Positions 28,897 to 37,415 are shown, counted from the first letter of the stretch. The stretch is 64,000 nucleotides of DNA from Candidatus Binatia bacterium (GCA_963666515.2 OY762897.2:4224001-4288000), one strand, 5' to 3'. Program-made: numbers and translations. Notes: generated from the letters alone by a model not told the origin.

Positions 28897-29334
28897 ATGA
28901 GCAGTCTGGCGAAGGACACGAGGGCGACGATGATTCCGGCGCTTCGGTACAGGGACGCAGCCAGGGCCATCGACTGGCTGTGCGAGGCGTTCGGCTTTGA
29001 GCGGCACCTGGTGGTGCCCGGCGAGGGCGGCGTCATCCTCCACGCCCAGCTCGTGTTCGGCAACGGCATGATGATGCTGGGCTCGGCCCGGGACGACGAC
29101 TACGCGGCGCTTCAGCAGCCCCTGCCGGACCCCGGCGGTCCGGTGTCGCAAAGCACCTACGTCATCGTCACCGACGTGGACGCACACCACGCCAGGGCGG
29201 CGGCCGTGGGCGCGGAGATCGTCATGGCCCCGGAGGATCAGGACTACGGGGGCCGGCTCTACTCCTGCCGGGACCCGGAAGGCAATCTCTGGAACTTCGG
29301 CAGCTACGACCCCTGGGACGACAACGGGCCATAG
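28897..29334 (+). CDS. VOC/glyoxalase family protein
   Basis: Motifs AIDWLCEAFGF, HAQL and YGGRLYSCRDPEGNLWNFG. Confidence 0.9.
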   Translation: MSSLAKDTRATMIPALRYRDAARAIDWLCEAFGFERHLVVPGEGGVILHAQLVFGNGMMMLGSARDDDYAALQQPLPDPGGPVSQSTYVIVTDVDAHHARAAAVGAEIVMAPEDQDYGGRLYSCRDPEGNLWNFGSYDPWDDNGP

Positions 29335-29434
29335 CGGGTAGGGTGTGTCGCGGCACGCTCCCGGTGACCTGCCCGCGCTTTCTTGGAGCGGATTTGCGCA
29401 GGATCACACGGCCGCGTAGACTTCGTCCTGCAAC

Positions 29435-29463
29435 TTGACATACCGCCGGGCGTTTCCTACAAC
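29435..29463 (+). promoter_or_regulatory. Putative sigma70 promoter of ferredoxin gene
   Basis: TTGACA-17 nt-TACAAC, 6 nt before ATG 29470. No RBS. Confidence 0.55.
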
Positions 29464-29469
29464 CCCGCC

Positions 29470-29754
29470 ATGCCTAGAGTCACTTTCATGCCGTTGGGGC
29501 AGAGCTTTGAGGTCGAGGACGGCACCACCATCCTGGTGGCGGCCATACGCAACGGCGTCAAGCTGCGCCACGACTGCACCGAGGCCATCTGCGGCACCGA
29601 CAAGGTGAAGATCCTGTCCGGCGAGAACAACCTGAGCCCCGTGGACGACAACGAGGAGTTGACGCTGTCCATGCTCGAATCGGATGCCGCCGACCGCCTG
29701 GGATGCGTGGCCAAGGTGCTCGGCGACGTGATCGTGGAGATACCTTCCGAGTGA
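29470..29754 (+). CDS. 2Fe-2S ferredoxin (Fer2), variant cluster motif
   Basis: Sequence GTTILVAA, HDCTEAICGTD, RLGC. 94 aa. Confidence 0.8.
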   Translation: MPRVTFMPLGQSFEVEDGTTILVAAIRNGVKLRHDCTEAICGTDKVKILSGENNLSPVDDNEELTLSMLESDAADRLGCVAKVLGDVIVEIPSE

Positions 29755-29759
29755 TGGAT

Positions 29760-30211
29760 GCGGCTGACTAGCAGAGAAACTCGTCCCCGACGACGCTGAT
29801 CTCGGAGGAAGGTCCTACCCTAATGAATCAGACACCCCGGCTCATAAAGAGATGGGGTCGTGTACGGACGAATTTGTGTGCAAAACCCAAATGGGCGGGC
29901 TGAACATCGTGTTGCAGAAGCCGAGACGGGTGCTTCTCAGAAAGCACATGGGCCTAATTCGAGCCATCTTGGAGCGAGTCTCGTGCTGCTCCAGCGTTTG
30001 GTTTGTATTTTCTCTCTTCATGAGATGAGATGTTAAGCATTTCAAGGAGTTAGGGGTCTCACACCGTTGGTTTGTGAGCCCCTTATGCATGCCTCCGTTT
30101 AAGGATCTCCCCGACGTGCCGAAGCTATTAAAATGTGGCGACACAGAGATAGCGATCTGGTATAAGGGGCCATCTGGCGAGATCCGATAGGGTTCCGGAA
30201 GGAATTCAAAA
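29760..30211 (+). ncRNA. Candidate structured non-coding leader (possible AvcI-like RNA antitoxin)
   Basis: About 450 nt without a credible long ORF, directly upstream of the dCTP deaminase. Several stems, e.g. AGGGGTCTCACA 30052-30063 / TGTGAGCCCCT 30073-30083. Positional inference only. Confidence 0.3.
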
Positions 30212-31822
30212 GTGAGTGTTGCGTCAACAAATGTCCGGGCGAAGCAAAGTACTTCAAGACGCTCATCTCAGTCAGCAGTCAACGATTTGGCGGCAAACGA
30301 GTTGATTTTTGCTGTCGTGGGCGCAGCAGGGTCCGGTACAAGCGAGATTGCCAAAGCATTGGAGGCTCTACTCCCACAGCACGGCTACAGTCCTACGATG
30401 CTAAAGGCGCGAGTCGTGATTGAGTCGTCGATGGGCAATGCCCGGCAATCCTATCCCCACGACACAAGACTTGCCAAGAGCGAGGCATTACAGAATGCCG
30501 GAGATTCCCTACGGGAGACGACCGGCGATAACGCTGCCGTCGCTGTAGGACTTGTTAGAGAGATACGCGCCAAACGTGCTCAATATCAGGGAACCGAGTT
30601 GGAGCCCAACAAACCGGTTGAGCCCGACGGTACCAAACGGGCCTATATTCTCGATTCCATCCGCCATCCTGCCGAAGTCGCCCTATTGCGTCGGGTGTAC
30701 CAACAGGCGTTCTGCCTAATAGGTGTTTTCTGCCATGAGGATGAGCGGTTTCACCGTCTAAGCGCTGACAAATATTCGGATGCGAGTGCCAACGACATTC
30801 GTCGTTTCATGCGGCGTGATGAGAATGCTCCAGAAGTACATGGTCAGAAAGTGTCTGATGCCTTTCACCTTTCTGACTATTTCGTGGATAACACGCGTCC
30901 TCGATTCGTTAGGGTTGGCAACGTTGATACGCCAAATCAGGACTGGGACGTTTCGGATCAACTTGGCCGCCTCGTCGATATACTCACCCGCAATCGTCTG
31001 ATCCGCCCAAGGCCAAATGAAACAGGGATGTTCCATGCTCACGGTGCCCGAATGCAGAGCAGTTGCTTGTCGAGGCAGGTCGGTGCAGCGTTGTTAGATG
31101 AACGCGGAGCGGTTGTAGCAACCGGTACAAACGAGGTCCCCCGTGCCGGCGGGGGCGTGTACGGTGGGGTGCTTCTACCAGTTGGGAGTGCTGATCCCGA
31201 ACCGGATCAGGATTTCCGTTGTTTCGTTTACAACAAGTATTGCACGAATACTCGGCAACAAAATGAGATCATTGATGAGCTTCTTGGAGTTATCGGTGAA
31301 ACTACGGGAGGCAAACCACCCGATGAATTGAAGACGCGAATAAAAAGCAGCCGAATTGGACAGATTTTGGAATTCAGCCGTGCCGTTCACGCTGAAATGG
31401 ACGCGTTGTTGTCGGCAGCAAGAAACGGCATCAAAACTGTGGGTACGCGGCTTTTCGTAACGACGTTTCCCTGCCATAGCTGTGCCCGCCATATCGTGAC
31501 CGCTGGGGTCGAAGAAGTGCAGTACATTGAACCGTACCTGAAGAGCCAAGCCATTCCTCTACATGGCGACGCGATTGTGACCGACCCGAAGAGTTGGAAG
31601 CCGCCTTCAATTCCCGAAACTCCACAAGTCTGTCCCAATGTGTTGTTCCGCGCGTTCATTGGGGTGGCGCCGCGGCTCTACCGTCGAGCTTTCATGAAGG
31701 ACGGAGAACTGAAGGACGCCGACACTGGTGACATGAACCTGCCCGTGTCGAGTGACTACACGACATCGCCGACGCTAAGGGTGAGCTATGCGGAGGTCGA
31801 AGCGCGAATCTCGGCATTATAG
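30212..31822 (+). CDS. Anti-phage dCTP/dCMP deaminase (P-loop kinase-like domain + deaminase; Dcd/AvcD type)
   Basis: N-terminal FAVVGAAGSGTS, ILDSIRHPAEV and HGQKVSDAFHLSDYF. Deaminase motifs SSCLSRQVGA, GTNEVP, VHAEMDA and TFPCHSCARHI. GGAAGGA RBS. Lower GC than flanks. Confidence 0.9.
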   Translation: MSVASTNVRAKQSTSRRSSQSAVNDLAANELIFAVVGAAGSGTSEIAKALEALLPQHGYSPTMLKARVVIESSMGNARQSYPHDTRLAKSEALQNAGDSLRETTGDNAAVAVGLVREIRAKRAQYQGTELEPNKPVEPDGTKRAYILDSIRHPAEVALLRRVYQQAFCLIGVFCHEDERFHRLSADKYSDASANDIRRFMRRDENAPEVHGQKVSDAFHLSDYFVDNTRPRFVRVGNVDTPNQDWDVSDQLGRLVDILTRNRLIRPRPNETGMFHAHGARMQSSCLSRQVGAALLDERGAVVATGTNEVPRAGGGVYGGVLLPVGSADPEPDQDFRCFVYNKYCTNTRQQNEIIDELLGVIGETTGGKPPDELKTRIKSSRIGQILEFSRAVHAEMDALLSAARNGIKTVGTRLFVTTFPCHSCARHIVTAGVEEVQYIEPYLKSQAIPLHGDAIVTDPKSWKPPSIPETPQVCPNVLFRAFIGVAPRLYRRAFMKDGELKDADTGDMNLPVSSDYTTSPTLRVSYAEVEARISAL

Positions 31823-31837
31823 CCGCGAGAAATACTG

Positions 31838-32368
31838 ATGAGTGCCAGGGAGCCAACGTCATATCTTCGTCTGGTAGTTCGACGACCACAGGTTGGTTCG
31901 GCTGAATCGCCCGAAGTCGAAAATAGACCGAAGCAACTGTCGTTGTGGTACCCTGAACCTTCGGCAATTTTCTTGCTGAGCGTCGCGTGGATGGGTCGCG
32001 AAGAATTCACGGCGGTCCTCGGAAGATGCCGACCACAGTGGATCATCGACATTCGAGCTGTTCCAAGATTCGATAGAATTGCAGCGTCCCGCAGTGAGGC
32101 GTTCAGACTTTTTGAAAAACTCGGCGCGACATATGTGGACCTTTTCGGGCGGCTAGGTATCAAGTCATATGATTCGGCAGAATCTAATCCAATCAATTGG
32201 GGTGGAGCGGTCGTTGACCTGCTAAGGAACACGGGTCGACAGGGACCGTACGTATTTCTGTTGGACAATGAAAAGCTGACAGCCCGAACACGACTGATTC
32301 TGCCCGGGGTCGTGGGAGAACTTGTAGGGGACGGGCTACGAATTGAGACTATTGCTCATGTAAAGTGA
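31838..32368 (+). CDS. Hypothetical protein, DUF488-like core, linked to the dCTP deaminase
   Basis: 15 bp after the deaminase stop, with the same low-GC composition. EEFTAVL...IIDIRAVP...GATYVDL..LG resembles the DUF488 pattern. Confidence 0.6.
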   Translation: MSAREPTSYLRLVVRRPQVGSAESPEVENRPKQLSLWYPEPSAIFLLSVAWMGREEFTAVLGRCRPQWIIDIRAVPRFDRIAASRSEAFRLFEKLGATYVDLFGRLGIKSYDSAESNPINWGGAVVDLLRNTGRQGPYVFLLDNEKLTARTRLILPGVVGELVGDGLRIETIAHVK

Positions 32369-32523
32369 GTGGTGGAGGGTATTTGAAGATGCCGCGAGAC
32401 GGAATCATGGCGTATTCGCCAAGTGTCGCGACTTGCACTCTTTTCCACACTCTAGCAGTGTGAGGGGTGGCCTTTTAGCGAGATGGTTGTGAATCGTTAT
32501 AGAGGTATAAGCTGGAGGCCCCA

Positions 32524-33378
32524 ATGAGTAGAGTCAAGGAAGTGCTCGACCGGCAGGGAACCCTGGTCATGCCGGGAGTGTACGACGCCCTGAGCGCCCG
32601 CATCGCCGAGCGCGCGGGCTTCGACGTCATATTCACCACCGGCTACGGCATCTCGGCGACTATGCTGGGCGAGCCGGATTTCGGCATCCTCACGCAGACC
32701 GAGATGCTGAGCACCATCTACCGCATCTGCGGCGCGGTGCCGACGCCGGTCATCGTGGACTCGGACACCGGCTACGGCAACGCGGTGAACGTGGTCCGCA
32801 CCGTCAACGAGCTGATGCGGGCCGGGGCCGCGGGCATGTTCCTGGAGGACCAGGTGTGGCCCAAGCGCTGCGGGCACATGCGGGGCAAGCAGGTGGTGCC
32901 GCTGGACGAGTATCTCAAGAAGCTCAACGCCGCGGTGGCGGCGAAGGACGGCGGCGATCTCTTCATCGTGGCCCGCACCGACGCGCGCCAGGCCTTGGGC
33001 CTCGACGAGGCCATCCGGCGCGGCATCGCCTTCAAGGAGAACGGCGCCGACGCCGTGTTCATCGAAGCGCCGGAAAGCCGCGACGAGATGCGGGAGATCG
33101 CCCGCAACGTGCCGGGGCCGCTGGTGGCCAACATGATCGAGCGCGGCGTCACCCCGCTGATGACGCCGGCGGAGTTGGGAGAGCTGGGTTTCGCGTTGAT
33201 CGTGTGGCCGGTGGGTCCGCTCTACTCAGCGGCCCAGGCGCTCAAGAACTACTACGCCAACCTCCGGGAGATGGGCACCGCGGAGGCGCTCATGGACCGG
33301 CTGCTGCCGTTCGACGAATTCCACCAGATCGTGGGGCTGGAGGAGAAGTACGCTCTGGACGAGAAGTACCGGACGTGA
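32524..33378 (+). CDS. Isocitrate lyase/PEP mutase family enzyme (methylisocitrate lyase-like)
   Basis: Motifs PGVYDALSA, VDSDTGYG, EDQVWPKRCGH and ARTDA. Confidence 0.9.
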   Translation: MSRVKEVLDRQGTLVMPGVYDALSARIAERAGFDVIFTTGYGISATMLGEPDFGILTQTEMLSTIYRICGAVPTPVIVDSDTGYGNAVNVVRTVNELMRAGAAGMFLEDQVWPKRCGHMRGKQVVPLDEYLKKLNAAVAAKDGGDLFIVARTDARQALGLDEAIRRGIAFKENGADAVFIEAPESRDEMREIARNVPGPLVANMIERGVTPLMTPAELGELGFALIVWPVGPLYSAAQALKNYYANLREMGTAEALMDRLLPFDEFHQIVGLEEKYALDEKYRT

Positions 33379-34321
33379 GGCTTTCCCTCAACGGCTCCCT
33401 CAGCGGCAGCGGCGTCATGGCCCCGTCGGGCAGTTCCACCAGCATCTCCCTCAACTCTCGCAGATCGACCCGCAGCTTAAGCTCCAGGATCTGCCGTATG
33501 AGGTCCGCCATCAGTTCGGTGTCGCTGGCGCGGCCGTCGCGGTAGACCTGGAAGTAGGCCTTTCCCTCCATCAGTCCCACCTTGGCGTGCTGGTAGATCA
33601 CCCGCACGGGCGTGCCTTTGGGCACCCGCGGGAACAGGTACGCGATGTCCTCGGGATAGAGCCGGATGCAGCCGTGGGTCACGCGGCGGCCGATGGCCCA
33701 GGGGTTGTTGGTGCCGTGGATGCCGTAGGTGGTGGCGGACAGCCGCATCCAGTACTTGCCCAGGGGGTTGTCGGGACCCGGAGGCACGACCTTGCGCGGG
33801 TGCTCCATCTCCGCCTGGATCGATTTCGGCACGTACCAGGTGGGGTTGGTCCGCTTCTCTCCGATGCGGTATTCGCCGGCCGGGGTCTCCTGGCCCTCGA
33901 CGCCCACGCCCAGCGGAAAGGTCATGACCCTGGAGTCGGGCAGGTAATGGTACAGCCTCATCTCGGCGATGTTGAGGACCAGCCCCTTCCGGGGACCGCG
34001 GGGAAGAATCCACTGGGAGGGGATGTTGATCAGCGAACCGCCGGGCAGCCAGCGGTCCACGCCCGGGTTCGCGCGCTCCGCCTCGCGGTAGCCCAAGTGG
34101 TGAAGGCGGGCGATGTCGAGGAGGGTGTCCTCGGATCGCGCAAGGTGTGTGCGCGGGGCGCCGATGATGGTGGATGCGTGCCCGCCTCCCGGGCCGTCGC
34201 CGCCCGAAGGCTCCCGATACTCGAACGCGGTGTCGCCGGGCTTCCACTCGTATCCCATGGACGGCGGGACGAGCACCGCCAACCCCACGACCGCCAACAC
34301 AGCGCACAAAGTGAGTCTCAT
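33290..34321 (-). CDS. L,D-transpeptidase (ErfK/YbiS family)
   Basis: Signal peptide, ANPGVD, NIAEMRLY, PPGPDNPLG and YGIHGTN...THGCIRL. Confidence 0.92.
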   Translation of the reverse strand: MRLTLCAVLAVVGLAVLVPPSMGYEWKPGDTAFEYREPSGGDGPGGGHASTIIGAPRTHLARSEDTLLDIARLHHLGYREAERANPGVDRWLPGGSLINIPSQWILPRGPRKGLVLNIAEMRLYHYLPDSRVMTFPLGVGVEGQETPAGEYRIGEKRTNPTWYVPKSIQAEMEHPRKVVPPGPDNPLGKYWMRLSATTYGIHGTNNPWAIGRRVTHGCIRLYPEDIAYLFPRVPKGTPVRVIYQHAKVGLMEGKAYFQVYRDGRASDTELMADLIRQILELKLRVDLRELREMLVELPDGAMTPLPLREPLRESLTSGTSRPERTSPPAPRSGGIRRTAAAGP

Positions 34322-34470
34322 ACGACCGTCCTCGTCATCGCCTTGCCCCCGTCCCGTCCCCGGCGCGGGCGGGATCGGGTGCGTGAATCCGTTTGTAACG
34401 GAGGGTCAGTTGAAATTTGTCAACGTGGACTATACCATCTTTTGCCCATACCGTTTAGGAAGGACCGCAA

Positions 34471-35334
34471 ATGCCGTTCGTTGCCGCACTGGCCGCAAGC
34501 CACGCACCCAACATGCTGCTCGACCCGGGCGCCGAGTGGGAAGAGTTCATGAAGCTGCACTACCGCATGGCGCCGCAGGCGGCCGGCGCCAAGCCCTCGC
34601 TGGAAGTACAGCAGCAATTGCGCACGGACGCGGAGAACGCCTTGTCCGTGCTTCGCTCGGACCTGGAGGCCGCCCGACCCGACGTGCTGATCGTGGTAGC
34701 CAACGACCAGTTCGTGAACTTCTTCTTCGACAACATCCCGACGTTCTTCGTCACGCTGGCGGATGAGGTCCGCGGCCGGTTCACCCGCTACAGCTTCCAC
34801 TATCGGAACCACCCGGAGCTGGGCCGGGCGATCCTCGAGGCCGGGGTGGCGGCCGGACTGGATCTGTCCTTCGGCGAGGACATCGAGTTGCAGCACACGC
34901 AGATGGTGCCGCTGCACTTCCTCCTGCCGGAGCCCGACATCCCCATCCTGCCCATCTTCGTGAACACGTGGATCGATCCGTTGCCGACGCCGGCCCGTTG
35001 CCACGCGCTGGGGAGCCTCATCCGGCAGGTGGCGGACGCCGCCGCCGACCGAGTGGCGATTCTCGCCACCGGCGGGCTGTCGCACTTCCCCGGCTCGCCC
35101 CGCATCGGCGAGATCGACACGAGCTTCGACGAAGGGCTGCTCCGGCAGATGCGCGCCGGCGAGGGCACGGCATTGGCGGAACTCACCCTGGAGCAGTTGC
35201 GCCAGTCGGGCAACTCCGAGTTCCTGAACTGGATGGTCACGGTCGGAGCGGTGGGCGATACCCCGGCCTCCGACACCTTCTACATGCCCGACCACGTCGC
35301 CACCGGGTGGGGCTTCGTCAGTTGGAAGATCTGA
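34471..35334 (+). CDS. Extradiol ring-cleavage dioxygenase, LigB-type catalytic subunit
   Basis: Motifs AASHAP, RPDVLIVVANDQF, ATGGLSHFPG and SEFLNW. Confidence 0.82.
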   Translation: MPFVAALAASHAPNMLLDPGAEWEEFMKLHYRMAPQAAGAKPSLEVQQQLRTDAENALSVLRSDLEAARPDVLIVVANDQFVNFFFDNIPTFFVTLADEVRGRFTRYSFHYRNHPELGRAILEAGVAAGLDLSFGEDIELQHTQMVPLHFLLPEPDIPILPIFVNTWIDPLPTPARCHALGSLIRQVADAAADRVAILATGGLSHFPGSPRIGEIDTSFDEGLLRQMRAGEGTALAELTLEQLRQSGNSEFLNWMVTVGAVGDTPASDTFYMPDHVATGWGFVSWKI

Positions 35335-35579
35335 TGAGCCGCTACCACCTGAACCGCTTCCTGTTCGACCTGAAGATGAAGCCGGACACGCTGGACCGGG
35401 CGCGCGTCGACCTGGACAAGGCCCTGTCGGACTATGAACTCAGTGCGGAGGAGGTCGCGGCCGTCAAGTCCGGGGACCCGCGTCAACTGCGGCCGCTGGG
35501 CGCTCACGGGATGCTGTCGCTCTACCTGATGCGGCTGGACCCGGAGTTCGACGACAACATCTATTGGACGCAGAAGTGA
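35334..35579 (+). CDS. LigA-like small subunit of extradiol dioxygenase
   Basis: TGATG coupling to the LigB-type gene. Sequence MSRYHLNRFLFDL...YELSAEE..AV..GD...L..LGAH. Confidence 0.72.
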   Translation: MSRYHLNRFLFDLKMKPDTLDRARVDLDKALSDYELSAEEVAAVKSGDPRQLRPLGAHGMLSLYLMRLDPEFDDNIYWTQK

Positions 35580-35644
35580 ACGTTCGCCGGCGCGCCGCCT
35601 CGGGGTGAGCCGGGCGAACACCGCAACGCAACGAGGAGCTTCGG

Positions 35645-36436
35645 ATGGATCTGGGATTGGCAGGCAAGGTGGCGCTGGTGGGCGGCGCGAGCCAGGGAAT
35701 GGGAAAGGCCATCGCCCGGGGTTTCGCCCGGGAAGGCGCGAAGGTGAGCATCTGCGCCAGAGGCGGCGAGGCGCTGGAGCGCGCCGCGGACGAGATCCGG
35801 CAGGCGACGGGAGGCGAGGTCCTCGCCACGGTCGCGGACATGTCCAGGTACGACGACATCCGTAATTTCGTGGACAGGAGCGTCGACGCCTTCGGACGCG
35901 TGGACGTGATCGTGAACAACGCCGGCGGCCCGCCGTTCGGAGCGTTCGACGCCTTGAGCGAGGACGACTGGATGGCGGCGTACAACCTGAGCCTGATGGG
36001 CACGGTGAGGCTCACGCGCGAGACGGTGCCGCACATGAAGAAGGCGGGCGCGGGACGCATCATCAACATCACCTCCTACGGCATCAAGGAGCCCATCCCC
36101 AATCTGATCCTGTCCAACACGTTCCGCACGGGCGTGGTGGGTTGGACCAAGACGCTGTCGCGCGAGTTGGCCCCCGACAACATCCTCATCAACACGGTCA
36201 TGCCCGGACGCATCGACACCGAGCGCCACCACAACCTCAACGTGGCCCGGGCCAAGCGGCTCAACCTGCCGCTGGAACAGGTACAGGAACAGAGCAAGGC
36301 CGAGATCGCGCTGGGCCGTTTCGGGCAGTCCGAGGAGGTGGCGGACCTGGTGGTGTTTCTCGGCTCCGACCGCGCCAGCTACATCACGGGGACGGCGATC
36401 CTGATCGACGGCGGACTCGTCAGGACGCTCATGTAA
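35645..36436 (+). CDS. SDR family oxidoreductase (atypical, BKR-like)
   Basis: Motifs GGASQGMG, VNNAGGPP and ITGTAILIDGG. SNTFR replaces the YxxxK motif. Confidence 0.9.
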   Translation: MDLGLAGKVALVGGASQGMGKAIARGFAREGAKVSICARGGEALERAADEIRQATGGEVLATVADMSRYDDIRNFVDRSVDAFGRVDVIVNNAGGPPFGAFDALSEDDWMAAYNLSLMGTVRLTRETVPHMKKAGAGRIINITSYGIKEPIPNLILSNTFRTGVVGWTKTLSRELAPDNILINTVMPGRIDTERHHNLNVARAKRLNLPLEQVQEQSKAEIALGRFGQSEEVADLVVFLGSDRASYITGTAILIDGGLVRTLM

Positions 36437-36445
36437 GGAGGGACC

Positions 36446-36775
36446 ATGGTAACTTATGTGGTTCAGTGGGACCTGCCGGATCAGAAGGCCAACCTGACGA
36501 TCTACAGCAACAAGGCCAAGAACGACTGGCTGCCCATGACGCTGGCCGCCCCCGGGGTGAGGGAGATCCGCAATCTTCGCAATCCCCTGGAGGTCAGCCC
36601 CCAGGTCGCCATCATGATCGAGTTCGAGACCCTCCAGGCGTGGGAAAGTTTTATCGAGTCGCAGGACTACATCCGGATCATGCGCGAGTTGAGGATCCTG
36701 GGATGCACCAACTTCAACGCCCAGGTGTGGTTTCCGTCCCGCCACTTCCCGGAGTCACTGAAGCGGGAAGACTAG
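36446..36775 (+). CDS. Hypothetical protein (possible dimeric alpha/beta barrel)
   Basis: AGGAGG RBS, in the operon, host-like codon usage. PGVREIR...IEFETLQAW pattern. Confidence 0.65.
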   Translation: MVTYVVQWDLPDQKANLTIYSNKAKNDWLPMTLAAPGVREIRNLRNPLEVSPQVAIMIEFETLQAWESFIESQDYIRIMRELRILGCTNFNAQVWFPSRHFPESLKRED

Positions 36776-36792
36776 GACTCGGCCGCGCAGAC

Positions 36793-37377
36793 GTGCTTGA
36801 CCGCGCAAACAGATTCGAGATTCTCAGGACCCGAACGCCCAAAACGATTGTTGGAGACGACTTCCGTCCGGCCGCGGTGCTGGCTCCCATTCAGGAGCGC
36901 CCCGACGGGGATCATCTCATCCTGACGCTCCGCGCGGATAACCTGAGCTCCCACAGCGGTCAGGTGGCGTTTCCCGGCGGGAGCGTCGACCCGGACGACG
37001 ACGGTCCGTTGGCTACGGCGTTGCGGGAGACCGAGGAAGAGATCGGCGTCGATCCAGGCCACGTGCGCATCCTGGGCCGGCTCGACCAGGTGATGGCGGG
37101 CTACAACTTCCTGGTGACCCCTTTCGTGGGGTTGATTCCCTACCCGTACGAGTTTCGTCCCGATCCGCGGGAGACGGCCGAGGTGTTCTCCGTGCCGGTG
37201 GCGGCGTTGCTGCGGCAGGAGGCGCTGACGCTCGATTCCCGCCTGTCGCAGAGGTCGGAACCCATCTACCACTTTCAATATCGGGAATGGGACATCTGGG
37301 GCGCCACGGCCCGGATGGTCAAGCAGTTGCTCGAGCTCGTGTACGGCTACGAGGCGAAAGCGGTGAGGCCGTCCTGA
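36793..37377 (+). CDS. CoA pyrophosphatase (Nudix, NudL-like)
   Basis: Motifs LTLRA..LSSHSGQVAFPGG...ALRETEEEIG and IWGATA. Confidence 0.88.
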   Translation: MLDRANRFEILRTRTPKTIVGDDFRPAAVLAPIQERPDGDHLILTLRADNLSSHSGQVAFPGGSVDPDDDGPLATALRETEEEIGVDPGHVRILGRLDQVMAGYNFLVTPFVGLIPYPYEFRPDPRETAEVFSVPVAALLRQEALTLDSRLSQRSEPIYHFQYREWDIWGATARMVKQLLELVYGYEAKAVRPS

Positions 37378-37415
37378 CGGCTGGCGGAATGTCGAATCGG
37401 GTCGCTACAAGGCCG

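Noticed and set aside
29842-30144. 100-aa minus-strand ORF in the island leader
   Set aside because: No motifs and no clear RBS. More likely spurious.
30212-31822. Housekeeping dCMP deaminase (ComEB/dcd)
   Set aside because: At 536 aa with an N-terminal P-loop domain and foreign composition, it fits the anti-phage type.
29768-32458. CTAGCAG direct repeat (29768-29774 and 32452-32458) as island target-site duplication
   Set aside because: Seven bases is expected by chance over these flanks. No integrase or tRNA supports it.
33290-33378. 89-bp convergent overlap of the L,D-transpeptidase and lyase genes as a functional feature
   Set aside because: The overlapping tail is low-complexity and most simply reflects a lost stop codon.
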